NCBI GenBank assembly: GCA_964505155.1
Contig: CAZDGL010000004.1
Span: 4,110-68,109, forward strand
Source of the DNA: an uncultured Candidatus Saccharibacteria bacterium
Lineage (GTDB): Bacteria; Patescibacteriota; Minisyncoccia; Phycocordibacterales; UBA9973
Length of the DNA stretch: 64,000 nucleotides
Direction: 5' to 3'
This document shows positions 37,341 to 46,617 of this stretch, in pieces (the first letter of the stretch is position 1; each line of letters opens with the position of its first letter). Position numbers and translations under genes: made by a program. The notes under the pieces are model-generated. The model was not told the DNA's origin, did not search any database, and saw only the letters and a list, made by a program, of their open reading frames with translations.

Positions 37341-37775
37341 ATGTTAATCGGTGAATACAAACATACAATAGACGAAAAAAATCGAATGTCTTTTCCTATA
37401 AAGTTTCGCAAGGAAATGGGTAAAAGCGTTATCGTTACCCCGGGACTAGATAAGTGTTTGTTTATATTTACGACAAAAGAGTGGGCACGCATTTCTAGTA
37501 AGCTTGCGGAGAGTTCTATGCTCTCTGCTGACAACCGTAGTTTCAATAGATATCTCTTGGGAGGAGCGACAGAGGTCGGTGTAGATCCACAAGGGCGCAT
37601 CCTTATACCAGACTTTCTTAAAGACAGGGCAGGTTTGGGGGGTAAGGTCGCCATTGTGGGTGTACACACTCGAGTCGAACTCTGGGACGAAAAGTCTTGG
37701 GATATTTATAAGAAAGGAGTTGAAGCCAAAGCTGATGAGCTAGCTGAAAAACTCGGAAATGTAGGTGTACTCTAA
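37341..37775 (+). CDS. mraZ: transcriptional regulator MraZ
   Basis: Tandem MraZ/SpoVT-AbrB-like halves with DEKNRMSFP and DPQGRILIP. Confidence 0.9.
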   Translation: MLIGEYKHTIDEKNRMSFPIKFRKEMGKSVIVTPGLDKCLFIFTTKEWARISSKLAESSMLSADNRSFNRYLLGGATEVGVDPQGRILIPDFLKDRAGLGGKVAIVGVHTRVELWDEKSWDIYKKGVEAKADELAEKLGNVGVL

Positions 37776-38659
37776 TGGAACAAAAAAACTCACATGTCCC
37801 TGTACTTTTACATGAATCAATAACTGCGCTTGATCTGCACGAAGGTGAAGTGGTAGTGGACGGAACATTTGGTGGTGGAGGACACTCCAGAGCTATTTGG
37901 GAAGGCTTTAAGAGCAAAGGCACTCTTGTTTGTGTAGATTTAGATGAACAAGCCAAAGAAAGGTTTGAAAAATCTTTCTCCGACACCTCGGCTATCTTTG
38001 TACAAGACAACTACAAAAATGCCAAAGCAATCTTACAAAAAGCTGGTGTACAAAAAGTCGACAAAGTTTTACTTGATATCGGGACTAGTTCCTTTCAACT
38101 CGATGGCGACACTAGAGGATTTTCATTTCTAAGTGATGCGCCACTTCGGATGACTCTTTCTGAGGCTGGTTCTCACACAGGTTTCAATGCTTATGACATA
38201 GTCAACCAGTGGAGCGAGTCTTCTATAGCTGACATTATTTTTTATTATGGAGAGGAACCTTTTGCTCGAAAGATAGCCAAAGAAATAGTCGCAAGAAGAG
38301 AGATTGCTCCTATAAAAACATCCAAAGAACTAGGGGAGATTATCGCTTCAAAGATAAAAAGGAAAGGAAGACTCCATCCAGCCACCAAAACCTTTCAAGC
38401 TCTTCGTATAGCAGTTAATGATGAACTCAATGTTTTAAAAGAAGCCCTTGGCGCATGGTGGCAAGAACTCTCGCCCCAAGGTCGTCTGGCAGTTATATCC
38501 TTCCATAGTTTGGAAGACAGGATCGTTAAAAAGTGGATGAACGATTTGGAAGATACAAAACGCGTTATCACCAAAAAACCTATCGTACCCACAGAAGAAG
38601 AAACAAAATCAAACCCTCGCTCTAGAAGTGCCAAACTAAGAATTATAGAAAAACCATGA
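37775..38659 (+). CDS. rsmH: 16S rRNA (cytosine1402-N4)-methyltransferase RsmH
   Basis: HVPVLLHESI...VVDGTFGGGGHS. Confidence 0.9.
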   Translation: MEQKNSHVPVLLHESITALDLHEGEVVVDGTFGGGGHSRAIWEGFKSKGTLVCVDLDEQAKERFEKSFSDTSAIFVQDNYKNAKAILQKAGVQKVDKVLLDIGTSSFQLDGDTRGFSFLSDAPLRMTLSEAGSHTGFNAYDIVNQWSESSIADIIFYYGEEPFARKIAKEIVARREIAPIKTSKELGEIIASKIKRKGRLHPATKTFQALRIAVNDELNVLKEALGAWWQELSPQGRLAVISFHSLEDRIVKKWMNDLEDTKRVITKKPIVPTEEETKSNPRSRSAKLRIIEKP

Positions 38660-38988
38660 TAAACAAAATGAAAAATAAAATAGCTTCAATAGGAGAATAC
38701 AAAAGCCTACTCCAAAGGTCTACAAAATACTGTTTTTTGGCAAGCGGAGTACTTTTTGTTGGATATTTGTATGTTGTCGGAGCTATAACTTTTTCTGTTG
38801 TTGAGCGTAAGGGTTTAGAAGAATCTACCAAAACCTTGCTCTCAGATATAAGTAGAGAAGAGTTGAAATATCTTTCAAAAGAGAAAGAGCTAACAAAGGA
38901 TTTGGCTTTTCAAGAAGGGTTTATACCAGCTTCTTCTATAGCTTTTACCTTTGCTAAAAGAGCAGTTGCTTGGAATGCAGGACGCTAA
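38656..38988 (+). CDS. ftsL: FtsL-like cell-division protein
   Basis: Small single-TM coiled-coil protein between rsmH and ftsI. Confidence 0.5.
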   Translation: MINKMKNKIASIGEYKSLLQRSTKYCFLASGVLFVGYLYVVGAITFSVVERKGLEESTKTLLSDISREELKYLSKEKELTKDLAFQEGFIPASSIAFTFAKRAVAWNAGR

Positions 38989-40687
38989 AATACATCGCAG
39001 AAGAATAAGAGTAATGATGGGGCTTATAATTTTTCTAGGCCTTTTTGTTGTTGGGAGGCTGTTTGTTTTGCAAATCGTAAACCAAAAATCTTTCAAAGAA
39101 AGAGCCGAGAGGCAGTACCTAACTCCTGTTAGCGAAAGCTTTGATAGAGGAACTATTTATTTTAGTAAAAAAGACGGTACCACTATGGCAGCTGCCACTG
39201 TCTCTAGTGGATTTAAGGTGGCGATAGAACCAGATAAGTTAAAAGACATAGAGCAAACTTATTTGGCGATAAACTCTATAGCACCTATAGAAAAAGAATC
39301 TTTTGTAGCTAAAGCCAACAAAAAATCCGACCCTTATGAAGAAGTCGCCCTCAAACTAACCCAAGATCAGGCTGACCAAATAATAAAAGAAAAGTTACCC
39401 GGTGTAAGTCTATATCGACAAAAATGGAGATTTTATCCAGGGGGAGAGCTGGCTTCAAAGGCTATCGGCTTTGTTTCTTATAAAGAAAATGAGCTTCTGG
39501 GTCGTTACGGCCTAGAGCGTTACTACAATGATGTTTTATCGCGCGGAGAAAATAACTTTTATATAAACTTTTTTGCTGAGATTTTCACCAACATCCAGTC
39601 AACTCTTTTTAAAAACAAAACAGCTACGGGCGATATCGTTACTACCATAGAGCCAACAGTACAGTTACAGCTTGAAAATTTGATTTCTAAAATCGATCAA
39701 AAATGGGGTAGTGATGCTGTCGGTGGGCTCATCATGGACCCCAATACTGGGGAAATAATAGCGATGGCGCACGTGCCTACGTTTGACCTCAACGAATTTG
39801 GAAAAGAAACAAATGTCTCTGTTTATGGCAACCCATTTTCTCAAGACGTTTATGAGATGGGATCTATCGTTAAGCCTTTGGTCATGGCTGGTGCTCTTGA
39901 TGCCGATGTTGTAAAACCAGAAACAACCTATGTAGACAATGCTGGTTTTGTAAAAGTTCAAGATAGAACGTTTTATAACTTTGACAAGAAGGGTCGCGGT
40001 AAGGCTACAATGCAAGATGTTCTCAATCAGTCTTTAAACACAGGGATGGTTTTTGTACAACAAAAAATGGGCAAGGGAACATTTAGAAACTATCTACTTG
40101 ACCGCTATAAGCTAGGCGAAAAAACAGGAGTAGACCTCCCCGGAGAAGCCAGCGGTCTTGTCGGCGGGCTTAAAACTCCAAACGATGTGAACTATGCCGC
40201 AGCTTCTTTTGGTCAGGGTATAGCCACTTCACCTCTTGCTATTGTTCGGGCTTATGGCGCTCTTGCCAACGGTGGACATCTCGTGACTCCACACTTAGCC
40301 AAAGAAATAAAACAAGAAAATGGTCTTACAAAAACTCTCAAGTTCCCAGTAGGAGAGCCTATACTTTCGACAGAATCAACCAAGACTATTACAAATATGC
40401 TTGTGACTGTAGTAGACAAAGGCTACCAAAGAGGCTTGCCACACTATAGTGTCGCTGCCAAAACAGGTACTGCTCAAATGGCTAGACCAGATGGCTCAGG
40501 GTACTATGACGATCGCAACTTCCACTCTTTGATAGGCTATTTCCCAGCTTATGAGCCTAGATTTGTGCTTTATTTGTTCAACAATTTCCCTAAAGGAGCA
40601 TCTTTCTCATCTCAAACCCTTGCTGATCCCTTTTTCGAAATGGTACAATTCCTAACGAGTTATTATGAATTAACGCCGGATCGTTAG
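38951..40687 (+). CDS. ftsI: penicillin-binding protein FtsI/PBP3 (class B)
   Basis: SIVKP, SLNTG and KTGTAQ, in the dcw-cluster position. Confidence 0.8.
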   Translation: MLKEQLLGMQDAKIHRRRIRVMMGLIIFLGLFVVGRLFVLQIVNQKSFKERAERQYLTPVSESFDRGTIYFSKKDGTTMAAATVSSGFKVAIEPDKLKDIEQTYLAINSIAPIEKESFVAKANKKSDPYEEVALKLTQDQADQIIKEKLPGVSLYRQKWRFYPGGELASKAIGFVSYKENELLGRYGLERYYNDVLSRGENNFYINFFAEIFTNIQSTLFKNKTATGDIVTTIEPTVQLQLENLISKIDQKWGSDAVGGLIMDPNTGEIIAMAHVPTFDLNEFGKETNVSVYGNPFSQDVYEMGSIVKPLVMAGALDADVVKPETTYVDNAGFVKVQDRTFYNFDKKGRGKATMQDVLNQSLNTGMVFVQQKMGKGTFRNYLLDRYKLGEKTGVDLPGEASGLVGGLKTPNDVNYAAASFGQGIATSPLAIVRAYGALANGGHLVTPHLAKEIKQENGLTKTLKFPVGEPILSTESTKTITNMLVTVVDKGYQRGLPHYSVAAKTGTAQMARPDGSGYYDDRNFHSLIGYFPAYEPRFVLYLFNNFPKGASFSSQTLADPFFEMVQFLTSYYELTPDR

Positions 40688-40702
40688 ACCCCTGGCAAAT
40701 TA

Positions 40703-41413
40703 TTGTTAAATATTATGGAATTTACATTTTCGATTAGAAAAACATTACGAGAGTCTTGGGAGCTTTTTAAAAAACATGCTTGGTTTTTTGTTGGGCTTGC
40801 TGCTGTTAACGTGATTTTGAATTTTAGTGGTAACGGCAAACACACTCCGCTTGTTATTTCTATCATCTTGTTGATAGCTACTTTGATTTGGTCAATAGTT
40901 ATGATGAAGATTTCTCTTTTTGCCGCTGATGGTAGAGAGGATATGTTTCATTTTTCCAAAATCCAAAGCATGCTCCCTTCTTGGCGACAGGCTGTTGGTA
41001 TTGTCGGCGTAGGTATACTCTCTGGACTGCTATTTTTAGGAGGTCTTATACTTTTGATTATTCCAGGTATCTGGATTGCCTTTCGTTTGAGCATATCAAA
41101 CCTAGCTTACCTTGATAAAGGTGAGGGAGTTCGAAAATCTCTCAGAACTTCTTGGGAGCTAACCAAAGGCAATTCTTTTTGGACTGTTGTTTTGGTAGCT
41201 ATTGTTAGTATGCTACTTTATTTGGTGGGTATTATTCTCTTTGGTGTTGGTATCTTGGTAACTTATCCACTGGCTATGATATTTATGGCTAAGTTTTATC
41301 GAGCATTGACTCTTCACCATGCTGGCCTTGCTCCGGTAACTCCTCCCGCTGTTCAACCAGCTGAAATCCCAGCTCACACAGAGCCATCACCTGAACATCA
41401 TCACGAAAGTTAG
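40703..41413 (+). CDS. hypothetical polytopic membrane protein with a His-rich C-terminus
   Basis: ORF with a hydrophobicity pattern, ending PEHHHES. Confidence 0.45.
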   Translation: MLNIMEFTFSIRKTLRESWELFKKHAWFFVGLAAVNVILNFSGNGKHTPLVISIILLIATLIWSIVMMKISLFAADGREDMFHFSKIQSMLPSWRQAVGIVGVGILSGLLFLGGLILLIIPGIWIAFRLSISNLAYLDKGEGVRKSLRTSWELTKGNSFWTVVLVAIVSMLLYLVGIILFGVGILVTYPLAMIFMAKFYRALTLHHAGLAPVTPPAVQPAEIPAHTEPSPEHHHES

Positions 41414-41430
41414 ATTTTGAACCATTAAAT

Positions 41431-41470
41431 AAAAGTCAAAACCCTCTATTTTGAGAGGGTTTTGACTTTT
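41431..41470 (+). terminator. rho-independent terminator
   Basis: gtcaaaaccctc / gagggttttgac followed by tttt. Confidence 0.75.
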
Positions 41471-41508
41471 ACTATATTTTATTGTAATGTTTCAAAAAAC
41501 ATTTAACA

Positions 41509-42156
41509 ATGAAATATAAAAACTTAATTAAAAGCCTTGCCAGGAGAAATCCTGTTGTAATTCTTATTGGTCAATCTGGTGGTGGTAAGAACACACTAGC
41601 TAAACCATTAATTGATAGTAAGTTATTTTTTTATTCAGAAACAGGAGGATTGTTTAGAGAGAACATTCCAAATCTTACTGAAAAAAATAAAGGTATTTTA
41701 AAAAAGATTAATGATTCTGGTTCCAGACAGTCTTGGACAATCGCAACAGCTCTATGGGTCAAAAATTTTTTGTTTTCCTATGAGAGTGGGCCTATATTAA
41801 TTGATGGCTCTCCTCGTAGCAAAGGAGAAGCAAGAGCAATTATTGATTTCTTTGGAGATGGCTACCTCAAAAGGGAGATTATCTTATTTCATTTAGTTGT
41901 AAGCGATGCTGTAGCTGAACAAAGAATGATAAATAGAAACAAGGAAATTAAGAAAGCCGGCGGTACTTTAAGAAAGGATACAGCAACAAAAAAATCACGT
42001 CTGAAAAAACTCGCTTTTTTTCATACTGATGTTTTGCCGTCCATCAAGTATATGAAAAATAAAGGTGTGCCGGTATACAACATAAACTGTGAGGCTTCTA
42101 TAGAACAGGTCAGGGAACAATTCTTTTTGTTTGTACAAAAGCACTTAGAAAAGTAG
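41509..42156 (+). CDS. adenylate kinase-like nucleoside monophosphate kinase (divergent)
   Basis: P-loop IGQSGGGKNT and ILIDGSPRS (compare LDGFPRT). 215 aa. Confidence 0.5.
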   Translation: MKYKNLIKSLARRNPVVILIGQSGGGKNTLAKPLIDSKLFFYSETGGLFRENIPNLTEKNKGILKKINDSGSRQSWTIATALWVKNFLFSYESGPILIDGSPRSKGEARAIIDFFGDGYLKREIILFHLVVSDAVAEQRMINRNKEIKKAGGTLRKDTATKKSRLKKLAFFHTDVLPSIKYMKNKGVPVYNINCEASIEQVREQFFLFVQKHLEK

Positions 42157-42159
42157 TAG

Positions 42160-42187
42160 TAAATCCGCTATAATGGCGGATTTTTTC
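42160..42187 (+). terminator. rho-independent terminator
   Basis: tccgc-tataatg-gcgga followed by T6. Confidence 0.7.
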
Positions 42188-42229
42188 TTGAAATTTATTT
42201 AAAATATATGTATAGTAGTATCTCTAAAT

Positions 42230-42303
42230 GGCCCTATCGTCTATCGGTTAGGACACATCCTTCTCAAGGATGGAAGCGGAGTTCGATTCTCCGTAGGGTC
42301 ACC
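42230..42303 (+). tRNA. tRNA-Glu (anticodon CUC)
   Basis: Full cloverleaf folded by hand. Acceptor GGCCCTA/TAGGGTC, D-arm GTCT..GGAC, anticodon stem CATCC/GGATG with loop TTCTCAA, T-arm CGGAG-TTCGATT-CTCCG, discriminator A. The TCGTCTA..AGGACAC stretch matches bacterial tRNA-Glu. Confidence 0.85.
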
Positions 42304-42310
42304 GCAACAA

Positions 42311-42340
42311 AAAAGACTGAACTGCTTCAGTCTTTTTTGC
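42311..42340 (+). terminator. rho-independent terminator after the tRNA
   Basis: gactgaa-ctgc-ttcagtc followed by T6. Confidence 0.75.
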
Positions 42341-42508
42341 ATTGCGGTGAAGCCGCAGGTCATGTCTTTAGGCAGACCGAGGCGGGGTCGCGAACACTTA
42401 GCAGAATGTGAGTCTTGCGAAACATTATGCTTAGTGATTTGTGACCACAAAAACAAAAAACCTCTCACAAAAAGTGAAAGGTTTAAAAAAGTTTTTAGCT
42501 CAATTAAT

Positions 42509-42883
42509 TTACTTAATAAGCATATGATGAAATCTGTTTTTGTCTTGCAGGCGTAGTGCAATCTCAACTTCTTCGTCTTCTTTTTCAATAAGATTCCAAA
42601 CTTCAGTAATTTTTTTGATGTCGTCAGGGAATTCATCTTCCCATCTCTTCCAAAGGCTGTTAGAGATAGATATTATCTCTTTCACCGCTTTGATTTCGAT
42701 GTTGTTTAGGATAAATTTCCCCCATGCATCACGAATCTGGTATCCTGTCTCTATTTCTTTAAATTCCCAGGGGAGTTTATGGACTTGGATCATAGCTGCG
42801 ATGACAACAACTAAGTATTGAGATAGTTCTGAGGACTGTTTTGTGCTTAACGAGGCAATAACAGTATGTTTTTCTTTATTCAT
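42509..42883 (-). CDS. hypothetical protein
   Basis: ORF preceded on the minus strand by the duplicated 39-bp leader. Confidence 0.45.
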   Translation of the reverse strand: MNKEKHTVIASLSTKQSSELSQYLVVVIAAMIQVHKLPWEFKEIETGYQIRDAWGKFILNNIEIKAVKEIISISNSLWKRWEDEFPDDIKKITEVWNLIEKEDEEVEIALRLQDKNRFHHMLIK

Positions 42884-42917
42884 ATTTTAAATTTTTCTTT
42901 ACTCTACCACCTCATGA
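42879..42917 (-). repeat. 39-bp duplicated 5' leader/start region, copy 1
   Basis: ttcatattttaaatttttctttactctaccacctcatga is identical to 43399-43437. Similarity continues for about 12 more bp. Confidence 0.6.
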
Positions 42918-42959
42918 ATATTAGTCAATATAGGGTTCCAAAAATCACAACAAAGGATT

Positions 42960-42994
42960 AAAAAAGGCTTCGTTACTGTTCATAACGAAGCCTA
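42960..42994 (-). terminator. minus-strand rho-independent terminator
   Basis: aggcttcgtta / taacgaagcct with a T-run on the minus strand. Confidence 0.6.
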
Positions 42995-43002
42995 AAATTA
43001 GA

Positions 43003-43404
43003 TCAATTCAATTTTCTTAAAAACAATATTCCTCTTACTAAAAAGTATGTAATTAAGATTGCCGGGAAAATATATACAATAAAGAAATACCATTCATATC
43101 TAGGCCAGATATCTTTATTCAAATAAGAAATTAAGAAAGGCTTAGTTGTGGACATTGTTGCAAAAATACTTATGGCAATAGTTCCTAACATTGAGGAAAC
43201 TAGCAACACCATCCCGACATCTTCACCTACTTTTTCACTTATATCCTTTAGGAGAATGCCTGGATAATTGGAGCACCACCAAATACATGATATAAAAAAT
43301 GATATTCCAGCAAAGGCAATTGAAAACACGGAGCTATTTAGTAGAAAAGAAATTATTGAAAAGATCAGAGATAATCCAATCATGCGAAACTGATAAGTTT
43401 TCAT
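43003..43404 (-). CDS. hypothetical 4-TM membrane protein
   Basis: ORF with the same 5' leader as the 42509-42883 gene. Confidence 0.45.
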   Translation of the reverse strand: MKTYQFRMIGLSLIFSIISFLLNSSVFSIAFAGISFFISCIWWCSNYPGILLKDISEKVGEDVGMVLLVSSMLGTIAISIFATMSTTKPFLISYLNKDIWPRYEWYFFIVYIFPAILITYFLVRGILFLRKLN

Positions 43405-43437
43405 ATTTTAAATTTTTCTTTACTCTACCACCTCATG
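43399..43437 (-). repeat. 39-bp duplicated 5' leader/start region, copy 2
   Basis: See copy 1. Confidence 0.6.
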
Positions 43438-43489
43438 AGCATTAGTCAACAAAACCACACAAAGCTCTTTGGTGCTATACTTCATCTAT

Positions 43490-43972
43490 ATGAAAAAACG
43501 ATATTTGGTTATTTTCGCTCTTGTAGCATTTGCTCTTATATTTTGGGGACTGACCCGTGGCATTTCCAAGGCTCCAGTTTTGGAAAATCCAAACACTGAC
43601 TCACTAGCCCCAGAGGTTTTGCCAGCTCAAAAAGAAGGCAAGATAGTGGTTTCTTCGCCACTGCCAGAGTCGACAGTCTCTGCTTCTCCAATAGTTATAA
43701 AAGGTAAGGCAGTAGGCAACTGGTTTTTTGAAGCGACAGCGCCGGTAGATGTGGTCAATTGGGACGGGCTTATTATAGGGCAGGGTTATATCAAGGTAAA
43801 TGACGGCTATGACTGGATGACGACAGAGATGGTGCCTTTTACTGGAACTATTTCTTATGATGCTAGTCAGTTGGGGCCTTATAAATACGGCTGGATAATA
43901 ATGCGCAAAGACAATCCAAGCGGGGAGCCACAGTTTGACGATGCGTTAGAGTTTAAGATACTATTTCCTTAA
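43490..43972 (+). CDS. Gmad2-like immunoglobulin-like domain protein, N-terminally anchored
   Basis: IVVSSPLPESTVSASPIVIKGKAVGNWFFEATAPVDVVNWDG. Confidence 0.55.
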   Translation: MKKRYLVIFALVAFALIFWGLTRGISKAPVLENPNTDSLAPEVLPAQKEGKIVVSSPLPESTVSASPIVIKGKAVGNWFFEATAPVDVVNWDGLIIGQGYIKVNDGYDWMTTEMVPFTGTISYDASQLGPYKYGWIIMRKDNPSGEPQFDDALEFKILFP

Positions 43973-43976
43973 TACT

Positions 43977-44720
43977 ATGACCAAAAAACAAATCACTATT
44001 TTTATAATCTCGCTTTTGATACTTGGAGTCTTTGTTGCTATTGGTTTTAAAAAAAGTGAACAAGCACCAGCTCTTCCACTAGAGCCAAGAAACCAAATAG
44101 ACAACCCAGCTATAGAGGTAGACAGTGTTTCTATCTCTGACAAAAATCAGTACTACGAAATCTCAGCCAAATATCCTAAAGTCAAAAGTGAATCTATCTC
44201 ACAATACTTCAAAAGCTACGTAGAAGACCAGATAGTGCAGTTCAAAGAAGATACTAAATGGGTAGAGGAGCTAGGTGGATCACCAAACGGAGCTTCTGTA
44301 ACTCTCAGTATTGATTACAAAAATGTTTCTTCACAAAAGATCCAAAACTATATCTTCCAATCCTATTCATATACTGGTGGAGCACATGGAATGGCTGTTC
44401 GTAAAACTTACAACTTCAACAATCAAGGTCAACTCCTAACCATTTCAAATCTTTTTGAAAATGGGCTAGATGGACTGGGTGCTTTTGCCAAGCTAGTGCA
44501 AGCTGAGCTTTTGAAAAGAGAAAATGCTCAAGCAGACTGGATAACAGATGGTGCTGGACCAAAACAAGAAAACTACCAAGCTTTTGTGGTGACTGATACT
44601 GGTGTGATAGTACTCTTTGATCAATACCAAGTCGCGCCATACTCAGACGGACAGATAGATATCACTATACCTTTTGAAGCTTTCAAAACTTTTGCCAACA
44701 AAGATATTGTTAATCAATAG
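43977..44720 (+). CDS. DUF3298/DUF4163-domain protein (RsiV/PdaC N-domain-like)
   Basis: Hallmark YTGGAHGM. N-terminal TM helix. Confidence 0.6.
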   Translation: MTKKQITIFIISLLILGVFVAIGFKKSEQAPALPLEPRNQIDNPAIEVDSVSISDKNQYYEISAKYPKVKSESISQYFKSYVEDQIVQFKEDTKWVEELGGSPNGASVTLSIDYKNVSSQKIQNYIFQSYSYTGGAHGMAVRKTYNFNNQGQLLTISNLFENGLDGLGAFAKLVQAELLKRENAQADWITDGAGPKQENYQAFVVTDTGVIVLFDQYQVAPYSDGQIDITIPFEAFKTFANKDIVNQ

Positions 44721-45768
44721 ACTTCTCGATAGTGCTTTCTATAAGTAGTGGATCGATACCAGCACTTTCTCCTGAGATGCGCATTACATCCTTGTCTACC
44801 TTTTTGAGCTCTTTACCAGAGGCGTTGTAGTGGTTGGCGACTGTCTGAAGGGAAGTGCCGAGTTTGTTGTGATATTCCTCATAAGCTTTCAAGTGTTTGC
44901 CGAGCTCTTCGACACGCTTGATGATGTCTTTGGCGCTTTCTTCTATTTGCATAGCTCGTAGTCCTTGTAAGACAGTTTGAAGATATGCCAAGAAAGATGT
45001 CGGAGAGACAATGATAACCTTTTTTTCAAAAGCATATTGTACCAAGTCTTGAGTATTAACTTTGATACTACCAACTTCGGCAACTAGTAGATCATAATAA
45101 ATGGATTCATGTGGTATGAACATAAAGGCGAAGTCGAGAGTTTCTTCTGCTGGCTTGATATATTTAGATGTTTCGTCGATACGCTTTTTGATATCTTTTT
45201 TAAACTCGGCGATAAAAGGCTCAGGATCATTGCCACCTTTGTGTGCATCGATGATGCGGTTGTAGTTTTCTAGAGAAAACTTGGAATCTATAGGGATGAT
45301 CTTCTTGCCTACAAAGACAACAGCATCAGCAGTGTCACCGTTTTTAAATTGATACTGTACTTGAAATGTTTTTGGAGGCAATACTTTTGACAGTATAGTT
45401 TCCAAATAATATTCACCCAAGATAGTGCCACGTTGTTTTGGATTTTTCAAAATGTCTTGGAGCTGGGCCAAACTCTCAGTAAAGCCGAGGACTTGTTTGT
45501 TGCCTTCATCGAGGCGAGTGAGGCGCTCAGTGATGTCGGAAATGATTTTATTGCTCTGGGTGCTTTGAAACTGCAAGCTCTCGCGCATGCTTTTTTCGTT
45601 TTCGCCGAGTTTGTGATCGACAGTCTTTTGGAGCTCGCTCATTTGCTGGAGTAGGAGAGTGAGGCTGGTACTTTGGTCAGTATTAGAAGAATCCTTTTTT
45701 TTGGCTAGTAAAATATAAGCCACAAAAGCCCCGATAGCTACTCCAATGATGCTGTAAGTAAATTGCAT
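44710..45768 (-). CDS. rmuC: DNA recombination protein RmuC
   Basis: N-terminal TM helix and coiled coil. RGTILGEYYLE...IPIDSKFSLENY. Confidence 0.8.
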   Translation of the reverse strand: MQFTYSIIGVAIGAFVAYILLAKKKDSSNTDQSTSLTLLLQQMSELQKTVDHKLGENEKSMRESLQFQSTQSNKIISDITERLTRLDEGNKQVLGFTESLAQLQDILKNPKQRGTILGEYYLETILSKVLPPKTFQVQYQFKNGDTADAVVFVGKKIIPIDSKFSLENYNRIIDAHKGGNDPEPFIAEFKKDIKKRIDETSKYIKPAEETLDFAFMFIPHESIYYDLLVAEVGSIKVNTQDLVQYAFEKKVIIVSPTSFLAYLQTVLQGLRAMQIEESAKDIIKRVEELGKHLKAYEEYHNKLGTSLQTVANHYNASGKELKKVDKDVMRISGESAGIDPLLIESTIEKSID

Positions 45769-45789
45769 ATTTATTATTGTAACATGAGC

Positions 45790-46509
45790 TTATTTGGTGA
45801 GATATTTCTGCAAAGTAAAAATCCAGTCTTCTTCACCTATAGGGTTTTTGAGTTTTTCAGAAAGTAGCCATGAGAGGTATCCAGGGTCTATTTTGGCGAC
45901 TTCTTCGACACGCATGCCTTTGTGCTTGCCAAAAGAGAACTCTCGCATAAAAGCCGGCTCTTTGGTTACGTTCATCATTTCTTCGAGGGCTTCGTCTTCA
46001 TTTTTACCAGTAGATTTTATTTTCTCAAGTAAGTATTCAAATAGTTTTTCTAGGACTATCACATCTGCCATAGCATCATGCGCGCCGACGTCGAGCTCCA
46101 TATCGAGAGCATAGCGGAGGTATTGGAGTTTGTAGTTGGTAAATTGTGTTTCAACATCTATGTGACGCACTGTTTTGTAAGTACAGATGACGTTGGTCGG
46201 ATGGATACCTTCAGCAGTAAGCATAGTGACATCAAAGGCGCTATTGTGAGCCACAACTATAGTCTCAGGATTTTCAAATAGAGCTTTTATTTCCAAATAC
46301 TTCGGATGCTCTTGAAAAGCGGGCTTGTTGGCAACCATATGATTGGATATATGATGAACGGCACTAGACTCAAAAGGGATAGGGAAAGGAGGTTTGAAAA
46401 GTTCGTTGATAAGGGGAGTAGGGTTGCCACGCTCTTTTATAGCAAGCTGAACTATGCGGTCATCGTGAGTGTTGCCGGTGGTTTCTGTGTCGAAAAATAG
46501 TATTCTCAT
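45790..46509 (-). CDS. DEDDh 3'-5' exonuclease (DnaQ/ExoX-like) with a C-terminal KHKG...YLSWL (DUF3820-like) module
   Basis: Exo motifs FFDTETTG, HNSAFD and HDAMAD. C-terminal FGKHKGMRVEEVAKIDPGYLSWLL. Confidence 0.8.
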   Translation of the reverse strand: MRILFFDTETTGNTHDDRIVQLAIKERGNPTPLINELFKPPFPIPFESSAVHHISNHMVANKPAFQEHPKYLEIKALFENPETIVVAHNSAFDVTMLTAEGIHPTNVICTYKTVRHIDVETQFTNYKLQYLRYALDMELDVGAHDAMADVIVLEKLFEYLLEKIKSTGKNEDEALEEMMNVTKEPAFMREFSFGKHKGMRVEEVAKIDPGYLSWLLSEKLKNPIGEEDWIFTLQKYLTK

Positions 46510-46617
46510 AACTACAAGTATAGCATTTACTTAGAGGTTGGCATTTATAGATATTGACATTTAGCAAAGTAAGATGTATTTTATAAAAAATCTTTCACAA
46601 TAAAAAAGGAGGTAAAA

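Noticed and set aside
42241-42636. 131-aa minus-strand ORF
   Set aside because: It overlaps the tRNA-Glu gene and its terminator and is not coding.
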